A stretch of 64,000 bases of DNA from Amoebophrya sp. A120 (taxonomy: Eukaryota; Protista; Dinoflagellata). The stretch covers positions 9,802,650 to 9,866,649 of the forward strand of contig CAJINV010000002.1 in assembly GCA_905178155.1 (NCBI GenBank), written 5' to 3'. The translations under genes were made by a program, and so were the position numbers. Numbering within the stretch: position 1 is the stretch's first letter; each line of letters opens with the position of its first letter. The notes under the pieces were generated by a model that saw nothing but the letters and a program-made list of their open reading frames with translations, was not told the DNA's origin and did no database searches. Shown in pieces: positions 36,577 through 48,604 of this stretch.

Positions 36577-39500
36577 ATGAAATTGAGTTCGCCAATCACG
36601 TGGGCGCAGCGGTCTCCGACGAACATCATGTCAGGCTTTGGTTGGCATGGCCGCTTTGTGTTGCAGTGTCTACTGATGCTCAGTGCAGGCAGTCTGCTCA
36701 ACATACCTGGTTCTATGCGGGTGGTGCAGGTTCGGGCTGCTGCGGAGCATACAGAGGACGTGGCCGCGCAGGGAAAAACTGTAAAGGACCCGGAGCCCCC
36801 TCCTGAGGCAGAAAACCACAGTGGCACAGTTACGGATGACGATGGGAGCGATTCACACGTGCCGCTGAAAAAACCGTTCGAGCAGAAAAACAAAGTGCCT
36901 CCTGAGCGACCCTCCGATGTAGCACACGCGAAAGTGGGACACGGCGAGGAGAAGGCAGATGAAGAGGACCACGGTCGCGCTTCTGCTAGATCGAAGAAAA
37001 AGCATGGTGCTGAAGTGTCGTCGGCAGAGACTGGTGCCCGCGGTACGGATCATGGAGACGCCGAAGAAGATGAGGATGATGCGGAAGAAGGAAATAAAGC
37101 AGATGAAGATCATGATCAATCCGATGCCGATTCTGATGGCGCTGTTTCTGACGACGAAGGCCCCCTTGCTAAAGAAGGAGGCCCCGCCACACGAACAAAG
37201 AAACAAAAGCTGCGCAAGAACAATAAGAAGAAAGATGAAAAACGAAAATCCACAGCCGATGATGACGATGAAGATGATTCCGACTTTGAGAAAGAAACGG
37301 ATGACGATTCCGACACTGGCGATGACGATGATGACACCTCCACAGCTGCTAGCGACAATGAGGAAAGAACGGACGGTGCTGACGCAGACGTACCAGCGAA
37401 AAAAACGAAAAAACGGCATCTGAAGAAGTCTGAAAAGCACAAAAAGCAGAAGCAAGGAACGAGGAACCGGAAGAAAGCCACTGAACATGCGGAAGACGAC
37501 GATGGCTCTGCTGCAGACGGAGACGAGCCACAGGGGGACGACAACGGCGATGACGATGACGACACAGATGAAGAAAAGTTTTATGACGCCGAGCCAGGAG
37601 ACGAAAATGAAAGTGACGGCAGTTCTTCGTCGGACGACGCGGATACGGATTCTTCTACCGACGACGATGACGGCTTCCTGAAACCGCACAAAAAAAGTAA
37701 CAAAAGACCAGGCAAAAAGCAAAAAAGAAATGCCGCAACTGAAGACAAGGCCGACGAACACGCAGCCCCTCCTTCGGCGGCACGAAAACTACCGATCAAG
37801 AAGAAGGTTGCTGACCCGCCGACACGACCGAAGAAGGACCCCCTGCCCGCCCTGGAATGGAAGGAGAATCCGTTGGCGTCCCACTGGCCCATGTGGAATT
37901 CGCTGAAGGGCACCAAGCACAGCGAGACCTTCGTGAAGGGCGCGTGCCTCGCGGCGAGCGACGACTACCAAACCCTGAAGTGGCAAAACAACTACCCCGG
38001 CAAAGGCGAGACGTATGCGTGGGAGGCGGACAAACTCCCCAGTCCGGACGCCGAGGGGTGTTCCAAGGCGTGCGGGCCGGATTACGCGAAGGCGCTGGGC
38101 ATGACCGGGCCGACTCGTTTCTTCTTCTTCAGTAGCAGCAATAAGGGCCGGTGCTACTGCACGGACGAGTGCGACAGCGTGAACTTGCATCCCAAAGGGT
38201 TTGTCGCCGCAAACCCGAGCAAGTACCCCTACAAGGGTTTCGTCGCGGGTCACGCCCATCCATCCGAACAGGGAATGTTCGGCTCCTCCGCGCCCGCGCC
38301 GAAGAAAAAGCCCACGATCAAGTCCGAGTTAGGGGACGGGCAGCCGGCGCTGGCGCCGGTGCAGATCACGCTGGCCACCGGGGAACTGGCGCTGCCCACG
38401 CTGGGCGACTGCGTGCGGATCTCCTCGGAGGGGCTGTCCATGCCCCAGCAGTTCTTCACGACGGACTACGTCGAGAAGAATTCGGGGGAGTTCAGCATGA
38501 CCACCGCGCGGGTCCGCAAGATCAAGGAGGGCGACCAGGCGCACGTGCCGGACCTGCCGCAGGCGGACCCCCGCACCAGCCGGGTGCTGCACATGTCGGC
38601 GGCGAAGATGCTGGAGTTCAAGATGATGGAGGACGTGACGTCGGCCGTGAAGCTGATCACTGGGAGTCTTTTATCCTATGTAAAAACGTCCCCACCCCAA
38701 CAAAATTGTAATGCAAATCTGCAAGCTGAAAATGTTTCTCATGCGGAGCCCCATGAGAAGCATTTTCTAGTCGCGTTTTGGAATTTGCAATACTCCAATC
38801 AGCATGATAGGCTAGGTCTGTGATGCTGCTGAACAAGCTAAACAGGATTACGCTACGAGGCCAGACTTGTCATGCGCAACAACCAAGGTTGGCTGATGTG
38901 TCTAGCAGGTTTACCATCTTGACTATGGGCTGGGGACGTGTTTGCTCCGCATATGTGTCCGGCGGCGTGAACACTGCCGCGGCCAGCTTCGCGATGGAGG
39001 GTTCGCTGGCGCTCGGGAGCCAGGAGTCGAAGAACACGATCAGCTTCGTGTTCAAGCTGACCGACGTGGTGTCGCAGAAGCAGTTCACCCCGTCGAACTG
39101 GACGGCCGAGCACGTGGTGGGCAAGGATATCCCGTGTAAAAACATCCCCACCCCAGAGTTGTCATGCAATTCTGCATGCCAAAAAAGTTTCTCATGCGGA
39201 GCCCTATGAGGACCATTTTCTATTCGTGTTTTGGAATTTGTGATGCTAGAATCAGCATGCTAGGCTAGATCTGTGATGCTTCTGAACTAGCTAAACAGGA
39301 TTACACTACGAGGACAAGAAACTTGTCATGCCAAACAACCAAAGCTGGCTGATTTGTCTAGCAGATTTCCCGTCTTGACTCTGGTGTGGGGACGTTTTTA
39401 ATCAGGATAAAGGACTCGCTGTGCACGCACTACGTGTCCGGCGTGTCCATGGGGGCCCTGGCCACCGGCATCGCCTCCATCTCGAAAACCACGGCGTCCA

Positions 39501-42500
39501 ACAGCATGGACGTGCAGGGGTCGCTGGACATCGGCGTGAAGCTGTTCAGCGGGCACCTGCAGGCGAAGGTGACCAACAAGAAAACGAGCGAGCAGAGCTC
39601 GATTAAGGTGAAGATGTTCACGCGCGGCGGCTTATCAAAAGGAAAAATCCCCCCTCCCCATATCGAAAACGAAATTTGTGATGCTGTATTTGAGTACACA
39701 AATCGACTTGTAATGGTAGAAGGCCAAGAGACGCAGCTGTGGCCTCGTTTGCAGGCAATTTGTCATGCTGTTTCCCACTTCTAGCTGCCCCCTGTCATGC
39801 TGAAGATGCAAGGCTTTCCCACGCCAACCAGCACTACAGTCCGCACCTTTTCCCTTCTAGCATGACAAAGCTGATTTGTAACCACAAATCTGCATCACAA
39901 ATTTCTAGTTTGAGTATGGGGTGGGGGGATTTTTCACGTTGATACGGCTTCCAGCATTCCCACCCCTTCTTCCTGTCCGACAGCAAGGCTCTGGCGGACG
40001 CGCTGCAGGACCTGCAGGAAACGAGCGAGATCGTGCGCCCGCTGTCCGGGGTGCCCATCGCCTACACGCTGACGCCCCTGGTGGCCACCCGGGCCCAGGT
40101 GGCGGGCGAAACCAAGGTGGAAAAGGACCCGGAGTCGGGGGAGCTGCGCCGGGTGCCCAAAGACCCGGCTAAGTACGTCAACATACCGGTGTACACAATG
40201 GGCATGATGACTCTGGGCGAAAACCTACAGACGGACCTGCTGCAGGTCGGCGAATTCATCCAGTTCATGGAAACACAGGTACAACCTACTATACAGAAAT
40301 ATTTACAGTACTTCTTCATATCTTTTCTTTTATGTTTTGCACGGAGTAGTAGGGCTGTATTGCATGAGACAATAAACTTCATCAACCGACATTATACATC
40401 GCAAAAAAGCCAAAAGCAAATAACTCCTCCTCGTCCCACACCACGACAGGTGACGACCGACAACGAGGAGGGCGCTTACGTGTCGCCCGACGGGTTGCCG
40501 ACCACGATGTGCTCCGACAAGTGCGCGCCGAACGACAGCACCTGCGTATCAAATGTAAAAATGTCTGGGTGTGGAAGAGTCATGCTGTTTTTGCATGACA
40601 CAGAAGGTCGGGCATGGAAGCTCTAGCATCACAGGTTTCGAGAAGCTTCCGCAATGCCGAGTCCGCATGAGAAATCCCCCATTTTGGTGACCGAAAGTGG
40701 GAAGCTTTTGCTACCTATGCATGAGAGATTTTTCTGTGTTCTAAGATGCGCATCACAAGTTTGGATTCTTCCAGACCCAGACATTTTTACAGTTGATACT
40801 GCGCGGGAACGTGCGACCGGTTCATGGAGAAGGACAAGAACAACGGGCTGACGATGCACTCGGTCGCGGAGCAGAAGCAGTTTGTCCGGCTGCTGATCCA
40901 GAAGCTGATCAACGAGGCGCAGCGGAAAAAGGACGACTTGATCGCAATGCTGGAGCTGATGTACAGCGACTACGAGACGGCCAAGCAGCGGTACGACGTA
41001 TCCTGTGCAAAAGTATCGTACTCGTATTGCAATCATGCATTACGAATCTTTTTCTTAAAGCAATCCGCATTACAAATTTTATCCCTCATGCTGAGAAAAT
41101 TTGTAGTGCATTTTTTATACGAGTGCGATACTTTTGCAGTTCATACGACGACAACAAGAACGAGATCCGGCGGTACAGCCGCAAGTCCGGGTCCTGGAGC
41201 CGCATCATGCTGACGCCCACGGACCCGGCCACCGGCGCGCCCAAGGCCGGGGAGCCGATGCAGCCCGTGGGGAAGACGCTGATGGACCTGATGATGAAGA
41301 ACATGAACCTGATCCCCGCGAACGTGAATCTGGAGCGGAAGATCCACCAGATCCTGGACGAGCTGGTGAATGGGACCTGCGACCCCGGGCAGCTGTTTTT
41401 CGAGTGCGACCCCGCCAAGTGGGGCCTGATAGCCATGGAGCAGCAGCAGAGCTCCAACTTATGCATTGCAAATATGTCTGGGTGTGGAAGGTTTCAACTT
41501 GTGATGCTGTCTTTCGATTCTAAAACAATCTGTCTTGCATGACCAGCAAGAAGAGTCCAGTTTGTGCTACACGGAGAGGACATTTCTCATGCGGTAGAGG
41601 TATCACAAAGCGCGCTAAAAATCTGTGATGCTAGGTCATGCATCACAGACGCCATAGGTCACGTAGCATGTGCATGACAAACCTGGCAAGCTCCCAGACC
41701 CAGACATATTTGCAACGCATAGAACTCCTACTTCGCGAAAACCGACCAGTTCGCGCCGGTGCGCGAGAATTTGAAGCAGGCGGTCACGCACTTCTCGGAC
41801 CTGCTGCACGGGCTTTCCTCCATGTCCGTCTCGGACCTGCAGACCTATCCTGAGTAAAAACGTACCCACACCAGAGTCAAGATGGGGATTTTGCAACACA
41901 AACCTAGGAGTTTTGGGAGTCACGCATGACAAGTTTCAGTCCGTAAGGTAGTGCAAGTTAGCAAGGAAAGCCGCATCACAAATCGACCTGCTGATCCTGT
42001 TCACAGCATCACAAATTCCAAAACACGATTGGAAATGGCTCTCATGGGGATGCGCGTCACAAATGTCTTTGTCATTGCAAATCTGCATTACAACTCTGGG
42101 GTGGGTACGTTTTTACTCAGGATAAGACCCTGGTGGAACACAGCATGGACACCGTGAAAACCTGGCAGCAGGACATGGTCAAAAACTGCATCTCCAACGA
42201 CGGAGACATATGCATTGCATCAAATATGTCTGGGTGGTCTGGAAGATTGCAGCTACATTTGTCTTGCATGTCTGACATGCCTCAAGAATTGCGATGCATG
42301 GGCACGGAGCGGTCCTCTTAATACCTGTCATGCAAAAACGCAGTTTGCCATGCGGAACACGAAACGCATAGGAGCCCAAAAATTTGTCATGCTTGGCTCA
42401 GTGTTGCAGTGAGCCATTCCTTGTTCTTCACCTTTAGCATATAGATATACAACTTTCCAGACCTCTCAGACATGCTTGCACTGCATAAGACAAAAAAGCG

Positions 42501-42623
42501 TACAAAAACGACTGCGAGGCCGTGCTAAAAACGGGCGACTCCGTGCGTCCGGCGCACTGGCCCGAGGTCGCGCAGAACGCCCTCACCGCCCTCAGTCAAG
42601 CGCTCTACCAGACTCTGAAGTGA
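36577..42623 (+). CDS. Secreted stonustoxin-like MACPF/CDC-domain protein, paralog 2 (9 exons)
   Basis: Hydrophobic N-terminus, Asp/Lys-rich region and Cys-rich module, then LPTLGDC..KQFTPSNW..CTHYVSGVSMGALATG..VKMFTRGG..VPIAYTLTPL. Reconstructed by removing 7 TIR elements and GT-AG intron 40279-40449. Ends ..QALYQTLK*. Confidence 0.7.
38672..38953. mobile_element. Introner, family B (diverged)
   Basis: DR TCTTT/TGTGT; restores ITGS(L/V)SGGVN. Confidence 0.9.
39128..39409. mobile_element. Introner, family B
   Basis: DR AAGGA/AAGGA. Confidence 0.95.
39633..39944. mobile_element. Introner, family C
   Basis: TIR tatcaaaaggaaaaatcccccctccccata; DR CGGCT/CGGCT. Confidence 0.95.
40547..40798. 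mobile_element. Introner, family A
   Basis: DR CTGCG/CTGCG. Confidence 0.95.
40999..41145. mobile_element. Introner, family D (147 bp)
   Basis: tatcctgtgcaaaagtatcgtactcgtat ... atacgagtgcgatacttttgcagttcata; DR CGACG/CGACG. Confidence 0.92.
41460..41721. mobile_element. Introner, family A
   Basis: DR CAACT/GAACT. Confidence 0.92.
41846..42124. mobile_element. Introner, family B
   Basis: DR AGACC/AGACC. Confidence 0.95.
42209..42487. mobile_element. Introner, family A with small indels in both TIRs
   Basis: DR AGACA/AGACA. Confidence 0.9.
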
Positions 42624-44584
42624 GTTCCTCGAAACTACGATTGCTAGTGCGATTGTTGTTGTGGCCGCGAAGGACTCAACCAAGGTTTTTCCGGTCACGG
42701 CGATTATATGAGTTTGCAAACGTTATGGCTATGTAAAAATGTTCATTGAAAACTGGATGTAATGAATCTCTCGGTGTTACTTCGTATAATTGATTGTGCA
42801 TGTATAAGTACTTCACTTTATTTGCTATCACTATCAGGTAATTCATCAAGTCTTCTTCAGAATGGTTTTTATCTATTTCTCGAAAGTCAAAGCTCCAAAA
42901 CTAAAAACGCGACTCGCTTGTATTATTGTAACTTTCTGTTCGGTTGTGATGCTAAAGTTTAACTGCTTGTTGACGCTGATCTACTTAATAAAAGGCTGTG
43001 TCTTGTCCTGTAACTAGAAATAATTCATTGAGCCTGCCGATTTTCGATCATGGTCACTCGCAGCGGAACAGCAGGGAATATTGGTGAAAAACCATGCCGC
43101 CACTGCTACCCAGCTGCCGTAACTACACACACAATGCCCCGAGGACCATGCTACTTATTTAGCCGACTGGTGGACTACAGGCTACAAGTACATCGAAAGA
43201 AATCGGATGCCGGACTTGGTTTTGTAGAAAAACGCCGGCATTGGGTATTTTTTCCCCGTCGCGCTCGAACAGAATGAAAAGCATTCAACACTTCAAGAAA
43301 ACAGCATTAAAACTAAAAAAGTACATTCACGCGCGATGACAATGACTGTATGATGGCGGTATAGTACGCATCAGTTCTATGGATTGTTGTTGGTAAGTAC
43401 TGACACGTGATATGCGTGAAGAACTGTGTATGATTTGTTGCTGCCAGGAGGTCGGAACCAGTAGGATGACGAGTCGAAAATATAATTTTCGACCGGACAC
43501 GACAATCGATTCTGCAGGTCCTCTTTCTGATTAGCATGTAGCGCCCGTCATTCCGTGCGTCGTGCTGACGGTAAGAAAAGGCTCGGGATCGGACGAACAC
43601 AAAAATCGATCTTCTAGTACTTGAAAAACCGCTCCTGTAGCATGATGTGCGTGAAAGATGACAAGGATATAAATTTGGAAAAAAATGCAAGGAAGACGAA
43701 AAGTCAAAGCGGCCAGCAATATTATCCTCATGTTTGTTCATTACTGATCTTTTTATGGTGAATTGAATAGAATTGCTTGCGCAGGTCGTGCTACAAAGAT
43801 GAGGAAATAGATAGATTACAAATAAGACCTGTTGTTACAGAGCTGCAAGAAATCATCATCGGACGCGTTCAGTTTGTATCATTCGAGCATACCGTTATCG
43901 AGTCAAGTCTCTGGGCAAAATAAAAGGTCGCGAAGATCCTCACCAGAACAACCAATGCAGCGACTTATCGATCATATACAACAGAAGTCAGTTGACGACT
44001 CCCATGTGGTGGACACTCTGTGTAAGAGTTTCATTTCATTGTGGCCAATAGGAAAAGATAAAGAATCCTGAATGCAAATCCAAAGGTCATACCATTTTAT
44101 TGGATCCGCAGAAAAAGACCTAAATCCTGATCCAGAGAGATCGCGTTTCTCGAGACGATCATGAAGATCTCTGTGACAGTGGGAAGTGAGCAGTGTCTTC
44201 AGAAGAAATGTGTTTCTGTCTGCTCGTGCGCCGTAATTTTCGCGAAATTTGGAATTTACCTCCTCAGGCTTTTCCTGTCTTGTAAGAAGATTTATTTGTG
44301 CTTTCTATTTTATTGCCGCTGCTGAGGTACACCTCGCAGTGTTGTAAGTATCGAATTCCGATAGAAAACACAGACGGATAATTACCTTGTCCTCTGACTC
44401 TGTACTTGTCTTGCATAAAGACGAGGCAGTTTTAAAGTTTTGGATACAACGATCAAGCGACATTTTTTCTACAAAGCTACTAACTTGAACATTTGAGAAC
44501 AAGTCTGTATGAATGTACAATGACATCCAGTTCTTGTCCTGAAGATATTTTACCTCAGCAACTACAGGACCACAAACCGGGAAG

Positions 44585-47194
44585 ATGATGAGGAGGTGGA
44601 CACCGACCCGTGCTTTTTTCTTCCATTCGCTGCTCGTACTTCTCCTGCAAACCGCGGAGGTCGTGGTCGCCGCTAATGGTCGTCGGAAAAGTGGCACGAA
44701 AGGCGGTGCACCGATCAAAAGCAGCACTTCCGCATCAAAAGGAGGACGCTCGTCTACTTTGTCGTCTTCGCACCACAAGGGCAAAAATGAAGCAGAATCG
44801 CGTACCAGCACGGCCGCTCGTCGGGTGCAAGATGAGCATCAACAAGAACCACAAGACAATTTGCAGGTCGTAAGCGATGAGAATCAGTCGATTGAGGTGG
44901 AGCAGGGGATCGACCCTAGCTTCTACATCCCGCGTCTTGGGTTTTGTGCGAACCTCGAGGACATTCAGAGCAACGTGTCCCAGTACAACAGTACTGCAGC
45001 TGGCAGTGGAACCACGTCCTCCACTGCCAGCCAAACGAAGACGATTTTCCTGCAGCCGTTCTTCAGTGCGGACTACGTGAACCGGCATGTGAAGCACAAC
45101 GTCGTTGACACGGCGACCAACAACGCCGCGGACTTTGACTACAAGCAGGTGTTCGACACCGCTAGTGCCGTGACCGCCCTCGGAGGCAGTCTCAGTATGG
45201 GCAGCATGGCGAGCCCGGCGCTGCAGTTCTCCGGGACCTTCAATTTTTCCGAGTCGAAGTCCAAAGCCGTGCAGACGACCACGCACTTCCTCAAGTGGAA
45301 GCACGTCAAGGGCCAAAAGCAATTCCAGCCCCGGAAATGGACGCGCGAAGACACCATCTTCGCGAATGTTGTTTCTAGTACAAGAACTTCTAGACCTGTT
45401 CAAGCTGCTGATCATACAGCTCCACCACTTCATCACACGACGTGCACGCACTACGTGAGCAGCATCCAGTACGGATCCAGCGCCACCGGGATGGTGCAGG
45501 TGAAGGTGGAGAGTGCGAACAGCAGCGGCAGTATCGGCGGGAAGTTGCAGGTCAACCTGCTCGGCGGCCTGGTGCACGCCGAGGGGAGCCTGAGCGGCAG
45601 CCAGGAAAAAAGCGAACTGAAGACCACGTATCTGGCGAAATTTTCCACCAAGGGTCCACGCAGCACCCGCGCCGCCGTGTTCCTGGACGCGCAGGAGAAG
45701 ACCGACGCCTTTCTGCAGGACTTGAAGGACACCGCGGAGGGCGTGAATTTGCCGGGGAAGCTGGCCAACCGCGCCACCGAGGACGCGCCCGCGCAGCAGA
45801 CGCCCGGCGTGGTGCTCGGGTACACGCTGTCGCCCCTGCTGGCGGCCTACGACCACGAGGCGGCGCAGCGGGACGCGCGGAACAAGGCTGTGGAGTTTCC
45901 GCAGTTCCTGACCGCGACGAAGCAGAACCTGCGGGCGAAGGTCGAGCGGGACCTGCACAACCTGCAGCTGCTGGAGACCTACCTGGACGACGAGATCGTG
46001 CCCAGGAACCGGAAAGCGAGCGGGTTCGCGCTGACCAGCACGAGTTTGAAGGAGCAGATGCAGGTGAAATTCGAGGTGCAGATGCACGTGGAGGACCTGA
46101 AGCTCGCGATCAGCGAGGTGCGGGGACTGCTGCTCGGGAAAATCGTCCGCAACCTGCGCAGTACGGAGGCGGAGAGCAAGCAGAACCTGCAAGGCCTGGA
46201 CGTGTTCCAGGCCTACGAGAAGCTGCGGCTGGAAAAGAACCTCAACGCCTTCCAGCCGGGCGTGGAAAACTGGACCCAAATCAAGTGCGGAGATAAAGTA
46301 GCAGAACCAGCGCAGAATAATGCTTCTAAAGGGGATGATCATGGTGCTGCTGCTCAGCTTTCTGGCTACTACGCGCACGATTCCGCGCAGAAGCTCGGGA
46401 AGCTGCTGCAGCGCCAGCAGACCTACTTCGCGTCGCACTCGGATCTGGCCACCGGGGTGAACACTAAGCTGACCGAGTTGCTGCTCGGAAAGGAAAAGGA
46501 GGAAAATGATACTTCCAAATCGCTGCAGCGGACTGGTCTGTACGTGAACTTCACGAAGTCCGCCATGTATGCGTCGCAATGGCAGCAGCAAAGGACGGAC
46601 AAAGGGGACACGAAGTGCAACCCGCACTGCTGGCTGTTTTGCGACAAATGCAAGTTCCGCGACTATCATGCCGTGCAGGTGCCGAACCCGAACGACGTGA
46701 ATGTCCTGCTGTTTTCCGCGCAGCAGCGCATCTTGAGCAATCTGGAGGACCTCTACTACAACAAGCTGACCAAGGGCATCCAGCAGAGCGGCCTCGCGAA
46801 AGTCAACGTGGACAAGGTACTAGGCAATAAAGATGGTAAAGATACAGCAAAAGATGGTCGTGATGATGATGATGAAAATAAAGACTCCTCTTCTGACAAG
46901 GCAGAACCTTTGAAGATGACGGAGTTCACATCGTTGGTGAAGAATCTCGTCGACCTATCGCGCGCCGACTACCAGAACCAGGGGTACGCGAGTCCGGACC
47001 CGTCCCACCCTACAAATGCGCTCCCGGATCCGCTGACCAGTCCACCAGGGACAAAATACGTGAACGGGATTCTGGATCCCCGGAATTTCGCGTTGCGGAT
47101 CAATGCGGTAGCGCGGGAGATCTGGCAAACGTTGATGGTCAGCGGATACAGAGCGAAAATATACTCCGCCTCGTCTTCTACGGCAGTCGGATGA
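44585..47194 (+). CDS. Secreted stonustoxin-like MACPF/CDC-domain protein, paralog 3 (intronless, 869 aa)
   Basis: Signal peptide MMRRWTPTRAFFFHSLLVLLLQTAEVVVA; IPRLGFC..KQFQPRKW..CTHYVSSIQYGSSATG..GGKLQVNLLGGLVHAEGSLSG..VVLGYTLSPL. Confidence 0.72.
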   Translation: MMRRWTPTRAFFFHSLLVLLLQTAEVVVAANGRRKSGTKGGAPIKSSTSASKGGRSSTLSSSHHKGKNEAESRTSTAARRVQDEHQQEPQDNLQVVSDENQSIEVEQGIDPSFYIPRLGFCANLEDIQSNVSQYNSTAAGSGTTSSTASQTKTIFLQPFFSADYVNRHVKHNVVDTATNNAADFDYKQVFDTASAVTALGGSLSMGSMASPALQFSGTFNFSESKSKAVQTTTHFLKWKHVKGQKQFQPRKWTREDTIFANVVSSTRTSRPVQAADHTAPPLHHTTCTHYVSSIQYGSSATGMVQVKVESANSSGSIGGKLQVNLLGGLVHAEGSLSGSQEKSELKTTYLAKFSTKGPRSTRAAVFLDAQEKTDAFLQDLKDTAEGVNLPGKLANRATEDAPAQQTPGVVLGYTLSPLLAAYDHEAAQRDARNKAVEFPQFLTATKQNLRAKVERDLHNLQLLETYLDDEIVPRNRKASGFALTSTSLKEQMQVKFEVQMHVEDLKLAISEVRGLLLGKIVRNLRSTEAESKQNLQGLDVFQAYEKLRLEKNLNAFQPGVENWTQIKCGDKVAEPAQNNASKGDDHGAAAQLSGYYAHDSAQKLGKLLQRQQTYFASHSDLATGVNTKLTELLLGKEKEENDTSKSLQRTGLYVNFTKSAMYASQWQQQRTDKGDTKCNPHCWLFCDKCKFRDYHAVQVPNPNDVNVLLFSAQQRILSNLEDLYYNKLTKGIQQSGLAKVNVDKVLGNKDGKDTAKDGRDDDDENKDSSSDKAEPLKMTEFTSLVKNLVDLSRADYQNQGYASPDPSHPTNALPDPLTSPPGTKYVNGILDPRNFALRINAVAREIWQTLMVSGYRAKIYSASSSTAVG

Positions 47195-48604
47195 AGATGA
47201 AACTTTTGGTGCCACGATAGTACAACTAGTACTGATATGCCGATAAAATTACGAGTTAGTAACATGTAAGAGTAAAAAAAAGGGGTGTAATTCGCAAGTG
47301 ACATAGATAGTATGGTATCTTCTACTGTACGGTGAAGCTAGAAGTGCGGGGGCACTGACATTATGCAGCGGGGATAGAGGAAGAGGTATCTCGCCAGGGA
47401 TGAAAGAGCGCGCTGCAGTTAGCCTCTAGCATGTTGAAGGAGCATGGATAGTTGTAATAGTACTGCTCCTTCGGTCTAGGTGCAAATGCAATGACAAAAG
47501 TTATGTCGTGGCAAAGATTCTGGAAGGAGCTAGACCGGTACAAAACGTGTGTATGATTCTCTACCCAAGTTGACCACTATAATTCACCCATTCGTTGACA
47601 GACATATGACGTTATTTCATGCGTGTGGCGGTTGCTCTTGCGCTGGGCATGCAGTTGCACAAAGAAATAAAGCACGACAGTGGTGATAGTATCGTGATGG
47701 ACCGATATACGCTTGAAAAATTGGAGCAGCTGCAGTCGAGCACCAGCCGTGTACCATGGAGTAACTAGTACAGAGAACGAAAATTGGAGTATTTCTGCAA
47801 CAGCAACCTAAACAAGCTTTCATAAAGCTTAAGCTTGTCTGCGCAAACGACGGAGACGGACAAGGATCGATGTTCTGCACGGGCGTTGGTGGCTTTTTTT
47901 CTTTATGGATCGGAAAAAAAATTGCTATAAACGAGTCATCGAGTAGGCAAAAAGCAACCGGATCTCGAAGCCCAAAATAAACATGACGAGATCATAAAGA
48001 AATGATAATGATGTAAAATAGGATCAGGACCAGAAGACAGTGTGGAATAGATCGCCGTTGATGTTGACAGATCGCGGATTCGGTTCAGAAGAAATGAGCA
48101 TGATTTTGTGCTGAAAAAAGGATCGATTGCCGAATCGGTCCCTAGGGCAATGCAAAAGTTTTTTTAATTATTGTGTCGTCATGCTCACTTCAATTCTTTG
48201 GTGCTACGGCTGCAGGCTTTTTTGAAGATTGGACTAAAATAGACGTGTAGAATTGTTCTCTTTTCCATAGAAGTACAGAATCGCCATCATTTATTCCTTG
48301 GCTAGTTAGCAGAAAACCAAAACTCATCGACGTCGCGGCCATCTGTGAAACTTTCATTCGTACCATTGGTGGTGCTGACCGGTACAACTAGCAAACTTCG
48401 CATTCCGGCACCAGACTTTTTCACGCTGTAAAAGCTGTGATAGGTTTACTAGACACACCATTTGCGACTAATTGTCAGCACGTACGCGATAAGGTTTTTA
48501 CGCGATAACTCACCACGACGCTGCTAGAAAACAATTGATGGCGCGACATTTTTCATATTTCTGCCGTTATTTTGACGTTGGTTTTGGTACATAGCAGGCA
48601 AAAT

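Noticed and set aside
36577-42623. Pseudogene interpretation of the fragmented genes
   Set aside because: Every interruption is removable with exact frame restoration, and no other stops or frameshifts were seen in the exons.
44735-46669. Long minus-strand ORFs (also 501-1670, 29797-30786, 31534-32577, 49876-51603)
   Set aside because: Antisense shadows of GC3-rich plus-strand genes; no recognisable protein.
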